A stretch of DNA of 64,000 nt from Basidiobolus meristosporus CBS 931.73 (GCA_002104905.1 MCFE01000444.1:9784-73783), one strand, 5' to 3'. Shown: positions 51,523 to 63,510, numbered from the stretch's first letter. The notes: a model not told the origin generated them from the sequence alone. Numbers and translations are program-made.

Positions 51523-52899
51523 ATGAGCGCCCCTTCTGAGCCCATTCCTACATATTCCTCAGGAGACATCGCTTGGGTCATGGTCTCCACTAGTCTTATC
51601 TTTCTTATGATCCCGGGGGTGGGGTATTTTTACAGTGGACTGGCGCGCTCCAAAAATGCGCTTTCCCTGATCATGTTGAGCTGCTTGTCGGTGGCAGTGG
51701 TGGTGGTTCAATGGTTCATCTGGGGATACTCCCTTTGCTTTGGGAAAAGCGGCAACCCGTTCATCGGAAACCTGGACCACGCCTTTCTTAGAGATGTCAT
51801 GGATGGGCCAAGCATCGGCAGCCCCAAAATCCCTGATCTCGCCTTCATGATTTACCAGTGTATGTTTGCAGCCATCGCCCCTGCTCTAGCCGTCGGGGCC
51901 TCAGCTGAGCGGGCTCGTATTCTGCCCACCATAGTGTTCATCTTCATCTGGTCAACCCTTGTCTACGATCCCATAGTATACTGGACTTGGTCACCTGATG
52001 GTTGGTTGATGAAGTTGGGCAACCTCGATTTCGCGGGTGGGACCCCCATCGAAATCTGTTCCGGGGTTGCTGCCCTGGCGTACGCGGTCAAAGTTGGCAA
52101 AAGACAAGGACACGGCACCGACGAATTCAAAGCTCACAACATGTCCAACGTTGTCCTGGGCACCGCTTTTCTTTGGTTTGGGTGGTTTGGCTTCAACGGT
52201 GGATCCGCTCTTACCGGATCCATGAGGGCCGTCATGGCCATTGTAGTGACCAACATCTCAGCCTCGGCCGGAGCATTGTCATGGGTGATCATCGACTACT
52301 TTCGTACTGGACGCAAATTTTCGGCCTTCGCATTCTGCTCTGGTGCGGTTGCTGGGCTGGTTGCCATCACACCCGCCTCAGGATTTGTGGGGCCAGCTCC
52401 CGCATTGTTGATTGGAGTGTGCGCCGGCACCGCCTGTAACTACGCCCGGCACCTGAACCACCTGTTCAATTTCGATGACGCCTTGGATGTGTTTGCCGTC
52501 CACGCTGTCGGAGGCATTCTTGGCAACATCCTCACCGGAATCTTTGCCGAGCAGAGAATTGCCGCCTTGGATGGAACGGTTATTGCCGGCGGGTGGTTGA
52601 ACGGCCACTTCATTCAGGTTGCCTACCAACTCGCCGCTAGTGCAGCAGGGTTTGCCTGGACATTCGTTGTCACCTACATCATTCTGTGGGTGATGGACAG
52701 GATCCCTGGATTGAGTCTTCGCACCGACGCTGAGAGTGAAAGACTCGGCCTGGATCTCACGGAGTTGGGGGAATCCGCGTACCATCACGTAGAATGCACC
52801 ATAGCCAGCAATAACCCCAGTAAGGCCACGGTCACCGAGATCACCGTAGACTCCATCAACAGAGAAAAAGAAACCAACCTGCATTGGAACGCGTCGTAA
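51523..52899 (+). CDS. MEP: Ammonium transporter, Amt/MEP family (fungal type), 458 aa, intronless
   Basis: GDIAW..L.FLMIPG.GYFYSGL, YQCMFAAI..AL..GA.AER, DFAGG, LWFGWFGFNGGS, GAVAGLVAITP, DDALDVFAVHAVGG; multiple hydrophobic TM stretches; open ATG to TAA. Confidence 0.98.
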   Translation: MSAPSEPIPTYSSGDIAWVMVSTSLIFLMIPGVGYFYSGLARSKNALSLIMLSCLSVAVVVVQWFIWGYSLCFGKSGNPFIGNLDHAFLRDVMDGPSIGSPKIPDLAFMIYQCMFAAIAPALAVGASAERARILPTIVFIFIWSTLVYDPIVYWTWSPDGWLMKLGNLDFAGGTPIEICSGVAALAYAVKVGKRQGHGTDEFKAHNMSNVVLGTAFLWFGWFGFNGGSALTGSMRAVMAIVVTNISASAGALSWVIIDYFRTGRKFSAFAFCSGAVAGLVAITPASGFVGPAPALLIGVCAGTACNYARHLNHLFNFDDALDVFAVHAVGGILGNILTGIFAEQRIAALDGTVIAGGWLNGHFIQVAYQLAASAAGFAWTFVVTYIILWVMDRIPGLSLRTDAESERLGLDLTELGESAYHHVECTIASNNPSKATVTEITVDSINREKETNLHWNAS

Positions 52900-53299
52900 T
52901 TCAGCATCTCTAGAGCCATCCTCCACCTGTATATCCGCCCAGCTTCCTGCAAAACAATCTCTCTGGCAATGGGCCACCCTTCCTTGATCCATTTTCCATA
53001 CTTGGTAAATGGATGATTTACATATCACCTGTACCATACCCAATCATGCGAGCTAGTCCTATCTTAATCGATTCAATAAACAATGTTCCAATGATACATC
53101 CCGAGTTCACCCGCGCACCATGAGCAACGATTTCGCGGCTGCCCAGCCTTATCGCCTCACATGTTCCAATCAACGTCACACACCATTGTAGCGGTTGTTT
53201 CACTCCCGTCAATCATGCCAAATCGCCGTATATAGAGCATAGATTAAATGCGAACCAGGTTTATTTTGGCTCAATCAGGCTGATTCTATTGTTCAAGCC

Positions 53300-53900
53300 G
53301 ATGGAAACCTGTTATCCCCCGCTATTGGCAGGATCCAGCAACCAGCCGAGAGTATGTCATATGATGGAATGGCATGGATGGGACCATCGGTAAAGTCACA
53401 TTTGCCTATGCTGATGGATTTATGCGGATCTCTCGAGCACCATCCATGCGGCGTCCAACATGTGCCCTTTCGGAGGACTTAGGGATCCGTTCACTGATGG
53501 AAGGCCAATTCCATTCTGGAATCGCGGGAGCGTTAGGAACGGTGTCCGTGGTGAAATCAGCTGTTGCCGCGCTATCTAGGTAAACATCGGGCATCATTGC
53601 CACGAAATCTCGAAAAGACCATCGTACTCCTGACCACTCTGCGCTCACTCTACCCATGGGTTGAAGTCCGGGGGATGGCCATTGTTATCACCAGTATCAG
53701 CGGCATCCGTAGATAATGAATCATCGACCTGGTGCCTAATCATCGGCTGGCAGGGCAGATATTTGTTAGAACTCAAACTGCCCCAACTCTATTGGACCGA
53801 CTAAACTATGGAGAATCCTGGAAGTGAATGGACGCAGGAATCCATCATATTCCCTGCTGGGTGGGCGACTTCGAGCTTGAGCAATAGGGGGCGGTCGAAC
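53300..53900 (+). mobile_element. Possible L1-like relic downstream of MEP
   Basis: PTCALSEDLGIRSL (cf. C.PK.EGGLGIR.L) and APTLLDRL (cf. zf-RVT LPT.DRL). Weak. Confidence 0.25.
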
Positions 53901-54855
53901 CTCATAGCAAACTAATAACCAACCCGAACAGGAATTGTGTAATCGGGTAGAAGCAAGCTACCGATGGTTCATGGCTCCGTTGGCGGTGTTGGGCCAAAAC
54001 GCTCAAGGGCGTTCTTTCGAATCCGGAAATGGTTCAGATCCACCTCCCCTCCCTTCATATTTCATCGGGATCTGGCTGCTATCTTTAACAGGATTCTAAA
54101 AGTATGTACGCAGCACGTCGCTGTACGTCTGTTGGATTCCATCTGAATGCTCAAATGTACTAGTACGACCTTAACTTGTGTCTATATCGCCTCACAGCAC
54201 ATGTTTCTCCCTGTAAAGCTAGACCAGACACTGAGTATTCCTTTTCTAGATATTATGGTGGAGATCCCACTGCAGGCATGAATCGATTATTAAGGCGATC
54301 CGGAAACACTTGGGCTCATCCCTTGCATACCAGAAGAATAGAAGCTTTAACATTGTGGAAAGCCAACTGTAATTTGTTGAGATACCCTAGAATCAACATT
54401 CGCAAGCCCAACTGGCAGTTGCCGTTTCCTCCACCTCTTATTACGGGAACATCCGCACTCTCCTTATGCAAAGATAAGAGAAAGGGTGGGGATTCTTTAG
54501 GTATTCAAGGGCCATCAAATGCTGTTCTTCCATGAAACCGCCATCCTCCCCCAGTAGCAATTGCAGATGGGCAGTATTAGAGCAGCACACGACAATGAAC
54601 AGAAATCCAACTTTGAATATAGTTGCAGCATTCAAAGATTATTCTAATACATAGGCCATTGAATAACAATTCCTCCTTTTAAAAATGAAACTTAATGGCT
54701 GACTAGCTGAGTAGTGCAAATTATCTTGTAAGTGGGGTAAGTCACTCTAACTCTTCAATAAAATACATTCTGTCCTTTGCCCTGACTTCAGTACTGCTAT
54801 ATCTATCACTGTTACTGAGATGGCGTATAGCTTGTATTGTACTACTTTTGCTGCT

Positions 54856-55167
54856 TGTTAAGTATTGTGGCAATACATCTAGATATTAGCTCAATGTAAA
54901 AGGATATCTATATTTATACACTGTCCTGACAAAAAGTACATGGGAATATGCTCGGGAATATCTCCAAAACACTTGTGCAAATCTTGGGGCTGTTTGGGCA
55001 CTTTTGAAATATTTCATATTTGGGGCACCTAATGTTTTGATGAATGCTATCAAAGTAAATCCCAGCAAGGAATATGTGCAGAATTCTTTAAGATTTGTTC
55101 ACTGTGATCTAAGATTCCAGGTTTGGTGCAAATTGAGGCCCAACTTCAAGATTTGTATCAGTTAACA
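54856..55167. repeat. Diverged solo LTR (family B-related), TSD CTGCT/CTACT
   Basis: TGTTAA...TTAACA termini; internal ttggggctgtttgg..aagtaaatccc..aagga motifs; one-mismatch TSD. Confidence 0.6.
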
Positions 55168-55369
55168 CTACTTTTACAGTCTATATTTCTTAAGGTGGAG
55201 ACAATGTAGCTTACATGTACTTTTGGTCCCTTTGAATATCTTTAAAACTGGTACTGCAAGCAATACATAGTGCTATATATACAGGTCAATATAGTGTCCA
55301 GTAAGATGCTCATGAACATGCTATAAAGTCTGGTGGGTAAAGTGCTAGAAATTGTTTGGTTGATAAAGC

Positions 55370-56851
55370 ATTAGTCCCTATCTGGTGTTGTGGGTGGATC
55401 CAATCTGGATCAGCCATCAAATCCTGCTATTAGGCTTCTATAATGTTGGCAGCTTAGAATTATTGACCCACCTTACAATCCTATGATGGGATTGTGATAG
55501 TGTTTTGCCAATATTACTGCTAAATAGGTAAGTAACTTGATGATGTTTTGGCAGTCCTTTGACAGGACTTGAATGGCATTCTAATGGTCTTACTATGGCC
55601 TAAATGTATTTGAGCACACCTGACCAGTAAGTACATTCAATTGTCATAAGTAAAAAATACTTGAATTAGTTTTGGCAACTTTTGTGTGGACATCTGTTGG
55701 CATTATAGCAGCAGTATAGCAGCCTACAGCAATTACTGTATAATGCTACCATACCAATGTACCAAATGGTATTTCCTTGTGCTACTTCCCCTTGCACCAT
55801 TCACATATTTCATAGTATAAATACCCCAATTTATATGCTTAGCCACCACTATTGTGGGTATTCCACATATAGTTTAAATCCAAAACAACTAAAGCCTCCT
55901 ACAAGCTAACCTATTTGTATGCTCACACTAGACTTGTTCCATTGTGCCATTGATCATAGTGCCAGAAAGTGCTGTATATTTAGTTATTGATTTGATATTT
56001 TAGGGTCATATGCATGTCAATTTTGATCCCAAATTGGCACTGTATGGCACCATTTGGCACTCTGTGGCATGATCAGGCACCTTCTGGCATGCTATGGCAC
56101 TATTGGGCACTATGAGCTGAAACAATGGAACAAGTCTACTTGCTGAAATTAATTAATTACACTCCTGTCACCTCAACTTCACAGCTTTTCAGTGTGATGA
56201 TAGCAAAGCTGCCATATACCTTGCATTGCTGGAAATCCCTACAAAAAATAATTTGGTCCCACAAGTGGATCCAATCTGGACTGGCTGTCAGAATCCTACA
56301 ATGAGTATGTCATAATGCTGGCAGCTTGGAATAATTGAACCTCTATGTAATCTTATGACAGGATTGTAACAGCATTATGCCAATTGTAGTGCTAAACAAA
56401 GTAAAAAACTTGTCAGTATTTGAGCAGTTTACTGGCAAGAATTGCATGGCATTCTAATGGTCCTAATGTGCTGATATGATATCTAAGAGGACCTAGCCAG
56501 CCAATACATCCAGTTGCCTTATATTACAAGAAACTTGATGGTGCTCTAATGACCTCATTGCAAGCCTCTGCTGGCATCATAACAGTGGTATGGTAGCTTA
56601 CAGTTAGTCTGTATAATGCTTCTGTATCAATTCACCAAATGGTATTTACTTTTTCTACCACCCCTTGCACCTTTCATATAGTCCACTGTATAATCACCCC
56701 TCTTTATGTACTTGCCCACTACTACTTTGGGTATTCCACACGCGGTTAGAATCAACAAAAGCAACGGCCTCCTGCTTAATAACCTCTACATATATGCTCA
56801 CCTGCCACAATTGACATACTTCTATCACCCCAATTTTACAGCTTTTTAGTA
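55370..56851. repeat. Two tandem copies of the ~600-bp repeat (55370-56194 containing the MITE; 56245-56851)
   Basis: Both start with GTGGATCCAATCTGGA, share the core, and end cagcttttcagtg / cagctttttagta. Confidence 0.75.
55930..56137. mobile_element. MITE, 208 bp, perfect 16-bp TIRs AGACTTGTTCCATTGT, 3-bp TSD ACT
   Basis: TIRs at 55930-55945 and 56122-56137; ACT on both flanks; removing it plus one ACT restores ungapped alignment to the empty site at 3283-3301. Confidence 0.85.
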
Positions 56852-56899
56852 TAATACTGACCAAGCGGCTATATACTTTATATTGCTGGTAGCATATAC

Positions 56900-58850
56900 T
56901 TTGCCATCACTTTTGCCATGAATACCTCCTGAGTTTTAGCAAAGAACTTCTTGGTAATTAGCCAATATATTCCTTCTCCCTGCTGGATTCTAGTCCCCCT
57001 TATAGGTGTGCTCTGGCTCTTGTTTGTGTGAGCTCTGTATTGAATGGTGTAGAAGTTGACTTGTGACCATGAGATATCCAGCACACCTTGGTGGAGTTTC
57101 CTAATAAAATTAGCGGCTTTTTGCATGCAACCCAACTTTGCATTACTTAACTGATTACCCACACATTGGGGCTGCTTATCTTCTTAATGTCATAGACATA
57201 GGTATCTCCATGTGCATTTCTGTCCTCAGTATTCTCCAACTCTTCCTGGCTGTCCTCCATGTGCCATCTCATCACATCCATGACAGACTTAAAGATAGCA
57301 TTCTTGATGAGATTGGGGTATGGTACTACCTGCACCTTGACTAGTCTTCCTATCTCCCCATACAACTGCTCCATAGGAAACTCCTGAAAGGTGAAGTAAG
57401 GCCTAATATTCTCCACATACCAAGCAAGATGGAGTAGAGAATGGACACAGTAGCAGCAGAGCTCTACATGTCCAGCTTTATGTTTGTAGTATAGCCACTC
57501 AAATCATGTTACAAACTCAACAGGTGCAGATGTGTCAAGTCAGCATTGGTGATCTGCTTCTGGATAAATATTCCAACAATGTCCACATATGACTCCCATT
57601 GTTTCCAATGTACTCTTGTTAGGAATAGCTTTAGAACACCACTTGAATAAATTCCTGTATATGTCTGGTTGCATATGTGTATGAATATGGTTTGGAGCCT
57701 GTGAGAAGTACTTTGGGTAGGAGATACTCAGTAATATCTTACTAGTTCATTCAAACTTCTCTGGCATCTCAACAAGCTCATTCAGCTTGAAATACCCCAT
57801 GTACAACTTGGTCATTAGTGTAGGGATATCTTGAAAAGCACAAGTATTGCACCCAGTCAAATGCTTTTACTCCATCAGATACACTCTATCTTAAGTATCT
57901 CCAGTTTCCAATAGGCTGTTGTAAGAGTCTTGGAGATATTGGAAGTGATTGGGAGGACAAGTAGATTATGTGGTTTTCACTTAATGATTTATTGAATGTA
58001 AAAGTAGTCTTTATACTTTTACATGGTCTTGGCATAAAAAACATGTAGAATAGGTTAAGGAAGGTCCCAAGAACATGTGTGCAAAGTTTGGGGCTGTTTG
58101 GACAACTTTGAGAATTTTCATGTTCTGGGTACCTAGTATTTTGGTGAAAATATTCTAAGTAAATCCCAACAAGGAATTTCGTCCGTATTCTCTAGGATTT
58201 GAAGGTAGTGATATAAGTGACTAAGTTAGGTGAATATTCAGGTGGAAATATGAATTTTACAACATAAATACCATATTCTGGCCAGTTGCTTATAGCTTGC
58301 CAACTTTGCTGCAAATGCATGCTGACTCCTCTACATTCTCTCTGTGGGAAGATAATGCACTTAGTGTTGGTGCTTGGATAAAACTGATATGTGTGAGTTA
58401 TAGAGTAAGTTGCCTGGATCTTTTACATTTGACAACAATACCATTCATTGTGCCCTGAAAACTCAGCCATCATGTTAATGGCTGGGGTATTTCCAATGCA
58501 AATAATAATATACACTTTTAATATGATGACCATTTTGTGGTATCCTGATGGAAAGTATACAAGGTGCATTCAGCAATGTATACAGGTAGTTTTCCTGGTT
58601 AGATGATTATTTAGGCCCAGATATCAGAGAGAATGCTATTAGATACCTGCTCTGCTACCATAAGATAGGCAGCAAATTCAGGTTGATGAGGATCAATGGC
58701 CCACAGGATTTGCTGGTAGAGTACTTGTTTGATGAGAATCCTTCAAGTGCCAAAGCAAAGGTATTGTCATATGTAACCTGAAAGTAGCTCTTGCTTCTCA
58801 GTTGTTTGTGATATTTACCATCAAATATATTGGGAATGTTTGTCATTGAT
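56900..58850 (-). mobile_element. CACTA transposase relic; a second tail copy lies at 58940-59300
   Basis: IPNIFDGKY..FALALEGF..KSCGPLILINLNL (Transposase_21 N-half) and ENIRPYFTFQEFPMEQLYG..PYPNL (C-terminal FPMER-type motif). Confidence 0.8.
57917..58264 (-). repeat. Solo LTR, copia family B
   Basis: 348 bp, TGTTGTAAGAG...TTTTACAACA, close to the reverse complement of 44254-44603; TSD imperfect (taggc versus taaat). Confidence 0.92.
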
Positions 58851-59485
58851 TGATACTGAGTGGTGTACTTTAAAGCTTCACACTAGACTTTTTCTGTTGG
58901 ATAGTGCCAGCCAGTTTAGAGTGCTGGATCAATCTGGCACTACAAATTACTTTTTGGTGCTTAGCCAATGTATTCCTTCTCCCTGCTGGATTCTAGTCCA
59001 CCTTCTGGGTAGGCTCTGTTTCTTGTTTGTTTGAATTCTGTGTTCAATAGTGTAGAAACAAGCTTGCACCAAGGAGAAACCTAGCATACTATAATAAAGC
59101 TCATCTGGTAAGAGGTAGTGGCTTGTTGCATCCAGCCCAACTCTGCATACTTGGCGGATTACCCATGTGTTGGGTTGCTTAGCTTCTTAATATTAAAGGC
59201 ATATATCTCTCCATGTGCATATTTGTCCTCAGTGTTTTACCACTCTTCCTGGTTAGCCTCTGTATGCCAACTCATCACATCCATGTTGAGCATGAAGATA
59301 ATATACTTGTTCTGTTGGATAGTGCCACATAGTGCCAGCCTGTTTATAGTGCTGCATTGATATGGCACACTATGGCACTATCTGGCACTGTAATTTCTAC
59401 CATAATGCCAGTGGTAGGATATAGTTACTGGTAATTTCATTCAATCTTACATATGTTGCTCCAAATAGTACTTTCCTTGCTTTAT

Positions 59486-60370
59486 TTACTCTTCATAGTG
59501 CACCAGACACATTTCTTTCAGTGGATGTCTTTGTGTATGAATATGCTGTGTATTAATAAGTATCTTAACTATTTTACCTATTCTGCTGTTTTCTCCTATA
59601 TACAACTTTCCTCTGTACTTACCAGCCAATATGCTGAATCTCTTCAGATACCCAAATGTATGCTCTACTCTCACTCTGAAATGATTAGTTGTCTCATTGT
59701 AGAGCTTCTGCTCCCTGCTAAGCACACCATTTCTTGGCTTTCAATATGCTGCAATACATCCTAATCTCTGACAATCCTCTCATGAATAAGCTAAGTCAGC
59801 CATACATATCTCCCCTCTTCTGAATTCAGGATGATTCTCTACCCAGAGTGCCTTGACATGCCTACTTCCAGCTAATGGCCCACTAAACCAGATGATGTTA
59901 CACTCAATGTCAGACAGTGCTTGAAACTTCACACAGTGTGCCTTGTGCTTGCCAGACCAAAAGTGCCTATACCATCTAGAAGGTCTGTTAATCCTGACTG
60001 GGAAGGTATTCAAAATACTCCTTGTATGGAACCTGTTGCTGAACACTCTGTGATACTGAGGTCTATTGGAGCTTCTAAACCTAGTATTCCAAGCTTGCTC
60101 TAAGTCATTCATATGCTTTGCAAGGTGGTTCTCCATTGCTTTCAGCTGGGAATGAAAGCTTCTAGGACTTTTGTTGGCAATGATGGTGGGATGAAACCTT
60201 GTGGGGCAATAGTTCTTGTAATAGCAGAGTAGCTTAACAAGGGATTTCCTTGAGTAGACTGGGGTAGATGGTCCACTGTACTTAGTATAGATCTCCTCTA
60301 GTGTGTTAAAAAGAGATCCAGTGGTGGTGATGGGATTGATGAGAAAAGATCATTCAGATGAGTAAGTCAT
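59486..60370 (-). pseudogene. PIF/Harbinger-ISL2EU (PHIS) type DDE_Tnp_4 transposase with three in-frame TGA stops
   Basis: One frame reads KLLCYYKNY, ILNTFPVRINRP..WSGKHKAHCVKFQ..SGPLAGSRH..MADLAY..LSREQKLYN..RVRVEHTFGYLKRFSIL. Confidence 0.88.
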
Positions 60371-62429
60371 AATTAAACTGCTAGGTGATCAGGCTGAGGT
60401 GATTTGAATCAATTTGGTGCAATCAGCTTTATTTATCTCATTTTCCATGCATTATGATTAAATCTCCTTCAATTGCCATGTATCCCATCATTATGTTGCA
60501 AATATCATCCTCTAACAATGACTTGGTATTTTTATTGATGCTTTACTCATAAGTCTATGATCAAATAGGCAAACTGCAATTGATGTGATCCAACCTGTGT
60601 CAATGCAATCCAAGATGCATCATGCATAATATATGGAAAACTCAACAATCACATTGGTTTTCATACGTATTTCATATTAGACCAGGTTGATGCCAATACA
60701 CTACTGTATAAGTATTCAAATCCATCACTATGGTCTCTATACCAAGTCTCACCTCATCTTTAATGCAACCCAAACAAAACCCATCCCCAGCTCACAAGTG
60801 CGGTCTGGACTGGAGAAGCCAATGCTGGATCTGATTGAGTTCTTGCCAAATGATTTTAGTATGGCCCAAATTTCTATGATGAGCCTTCATACCAATATTT
60901 GGGCACTACTCATTAATCTAGCAGAACTAGATACCTCATAGAGTTGACAGAGATGAAAGAACCTGCGTAGAAAGCTGCGGCATGAGTTCTACATCTAGAT
61001 GTCAGCAGATGTATGTAAGAAGATATATAACAAGACAAGTATTGAAATCAAGAATGAGCTAAGAGTGAGAGGATTTGATGAGGGAGTCACATGGGAACCA
61101 TTTTGCACACAATTTGCCCTGTAGATTTTGAATAAGTTTTTGCCTCAAATGGCTAATGTATTATGTGATATATTAGTAGAGCTAAGTGACTTCCAAGAGT
61201 AATATACACAGGACTCATCCAGGCAACAGTTCCAAAGTATCAGACAGAGAGTAAGTGAATACCTTGAGGAGTCAGAAGGTGAGCTTCTAGAGGAAGGATA
61301 CAGACCGCAAGCAGCAGTGTCTAGAATGCACCAGCACACCTTGCTTGATTCCTTACCATCCCTTGCAACTTCAGTGCACTGGCACATGTCAGTCCAAACT
61401 ACACCAACACCCTTCACAAGAGCACCTCTCACTGAGTCAACTTGTGTTGGGTCAATATGCACAGTTTAAAGCAAAACCAACAGAACTTGGCAAACTGCTC
61501 ATTTAGACACAAGTCCACTGGAGCAGGTCAAGTTGCATCAACAAGCCTCATCACATTGAACTCAGCCAAGGGCCATGCCAGCATATCAAGTCATGCCTGC
61601 ACATGCCATTAAACCTGACCATCAGTGAGTTTCTTCTGGTGAACTGACTAATGATGGCCCACATGAAGTGCCTCCACCAACAGAGCCTTTGGCAAGTAAA
61701 AAAATGAGTCTGTGTGTGGCACTGCAGGCCGGTTCAGTAGCATCATATGGAGTATTAAGCATGGCCAAGCTGCAGCATTGCACGCATCAACTAGGAGGCA
61801 AAATACTGACTACAAATTCACAAGTAGCAAGAGGATAGTCAGTAAGGAAGTAGTTTAGGTGTGCAAAGTGAATCACTACCAAATGCTTCAGTAGTAATCC
61901 CTGTGAGAAAAAAACCTAGGAGAAGATGATGCAATTGCATTGAACTTTTATTATTTGTCATGATCCAAACAATACATTTTTTGTGCAAATCAAGCCATGG
62001 CAAATCAGTGATCACTATATTTTTCATATAAGCAATATTAATGTCATCTCACATTTGAGACACAACCCCAATAAATAAACACCCTGCATATATATAAATT
62101 ATCTGTAACACCAGTGCAGCCATTTGATCTGTTTTGCACCTATCTGATTGGTTGCATGCTAGCTATGACACCTTGTCCAATCACTAGGATCAGAGATTTA
62201 CTTGCTCAATGGGCAAAATGAGATATTTGATGGCAAATCAGGTAGTTTGTGTATTGGTCAAAGTGCCAATTGGAGGCTGACAGCTTCAGGATGCTTTTGG
62301 ACCAATTAACCACTGAGATACCATCTAATTGGAGAGATGGTAACTATGACCGTAAGTATCAGTGTAGTTTATAGTGTGATAGGCATTTATTTACATTTAC
62401 ATTGAAGAAACATATCCAAATACCAGATT

Positions 62430-63510
62430 TTACCTGCCATAATAGCAGTATCCAATTGTGCATGTGATGCAAACATTATGAGTTGGTGCAATCATCCATG
62501 CTAACCTCATTGTATTAGATTGTGCTATAGTGTGCAAGATCATCCCATATGGTACAAAACTGTTTAAGAGCAATCCTGCATACTGGTAGCTATAATATTG
62601 CGCCCAATTGTTGTTAAAGACCATGGGTTGTGCTGCATACCCTGGCATGTTACAGCGGAACAAGTCTAATATTCTAGATCAGATTGGGATATATAGTGCT
62701 TGCAACTTGATTTCTCTTTGTAATTCCCCACGTATCTGCTCCATAAGAAACTCCAAAAAGATGAAGCAAGGCCCAATATTCTCCACACACTGTACAAGAT
62801 GGAGTAGTCCTAATACTTCCAATATACTCTTGGTGGAACATGCTTCAGAGGCCACTTGAATAAATACACATCCAGTTCATCTAGTCATTTCATTTATATT
62901 GCTGCATATACATATGAATATTAGTCAAAGCTTGTCAGAAATACTGTGGGTATCAGATACTCTCTAAGATTATGCCAGCTCTTTCAGGTTTTTCTGGTAT
63001 CATAGGAGCTCATCCAGGTGAAATGCCCAATGTATAAATTGGCTATTGTTACCAGGGTATTGATGAAGAGCAGGTTCATTGCTTCTAGTGCATATCTTTG
63101 CTCTAACTGTTTCCCACTATCCTTAATATCTCTAGTTTCTGATTAGTTCTGTATTCTGACCAATGGCTCATAGCTTGCCAGCTTTGCTGCAATCACATGC
63201 TGAATTCTGTATGTTCTCTCTTTGGGAAGATGGTGTTCTTAGTAGCTGTGTTGGAACAACAATAATTTCTTTGAGTTATGGAGCAAATCCCTTATATCTC
63301 ACACATTTAACAGCAATATGTCCATTGTGCCCAGGAAAGCCAGCCATCTTGCTGATGGCTGGAGAATCTCCAATGCAGATGATAATATGCCCTTTGACAT
63401 GATGGTCATGTACTATTATATTGCTGAATAGCATACCAAGCTCATCCAGCAATGGCTACAGGTAGCTATCCAGGCTGGATGGAGATCCAGGCCCAGATAT
63501 TAGAGAGGCT
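62430..63510 (-). pseudogene. CACTA transposase relic
   Basis: Nucleotide homology to 7620-8420 and 57400-58620, including the ggagattctccagccatcagcaagatggctggctttcctgggcacaatgg (GDSPAISKMAGFPGHNG) motif. Confidence 0.7.

Noticed and set aside
51523-52899. Bacterial horizontal origin suggested by the lack of introns
   Set aside because: The sequence reads as a fungal MEP, and intron-poor genes are common in several early-diverging fungi. A phylogeny would be required.
52378-53043. 221-aa antisense ORF (and +1/+2-frame ORFs) overlapping MEP
   Set aside because: These are shadow ORFs of a GC-rich coding region with no recognisable motif.
56031-56110. CRISPR-like repeat-spacer array
   Set aside because: The 5-bp repeats and 5-bp spacers are far too short, the context is eukaryotic, and there are no cas genes.
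59486-60370. TGA recoding (Sec/Trp) in the transposase, since all three internal stops are TGA
   Set aside because: Contexts fit Arg, CGA-to-TGA decay is pervasive in this window, and catalytic residues are also mutated.
60940-61140. Protein-like frame LRRKLRHEFYI*MSADVCKKIY.. and a possible right TIR at 61028-61042
   Set aside because: No domain recognised; the TIR match is only 12/15 and lacks adjacent phased motifs.
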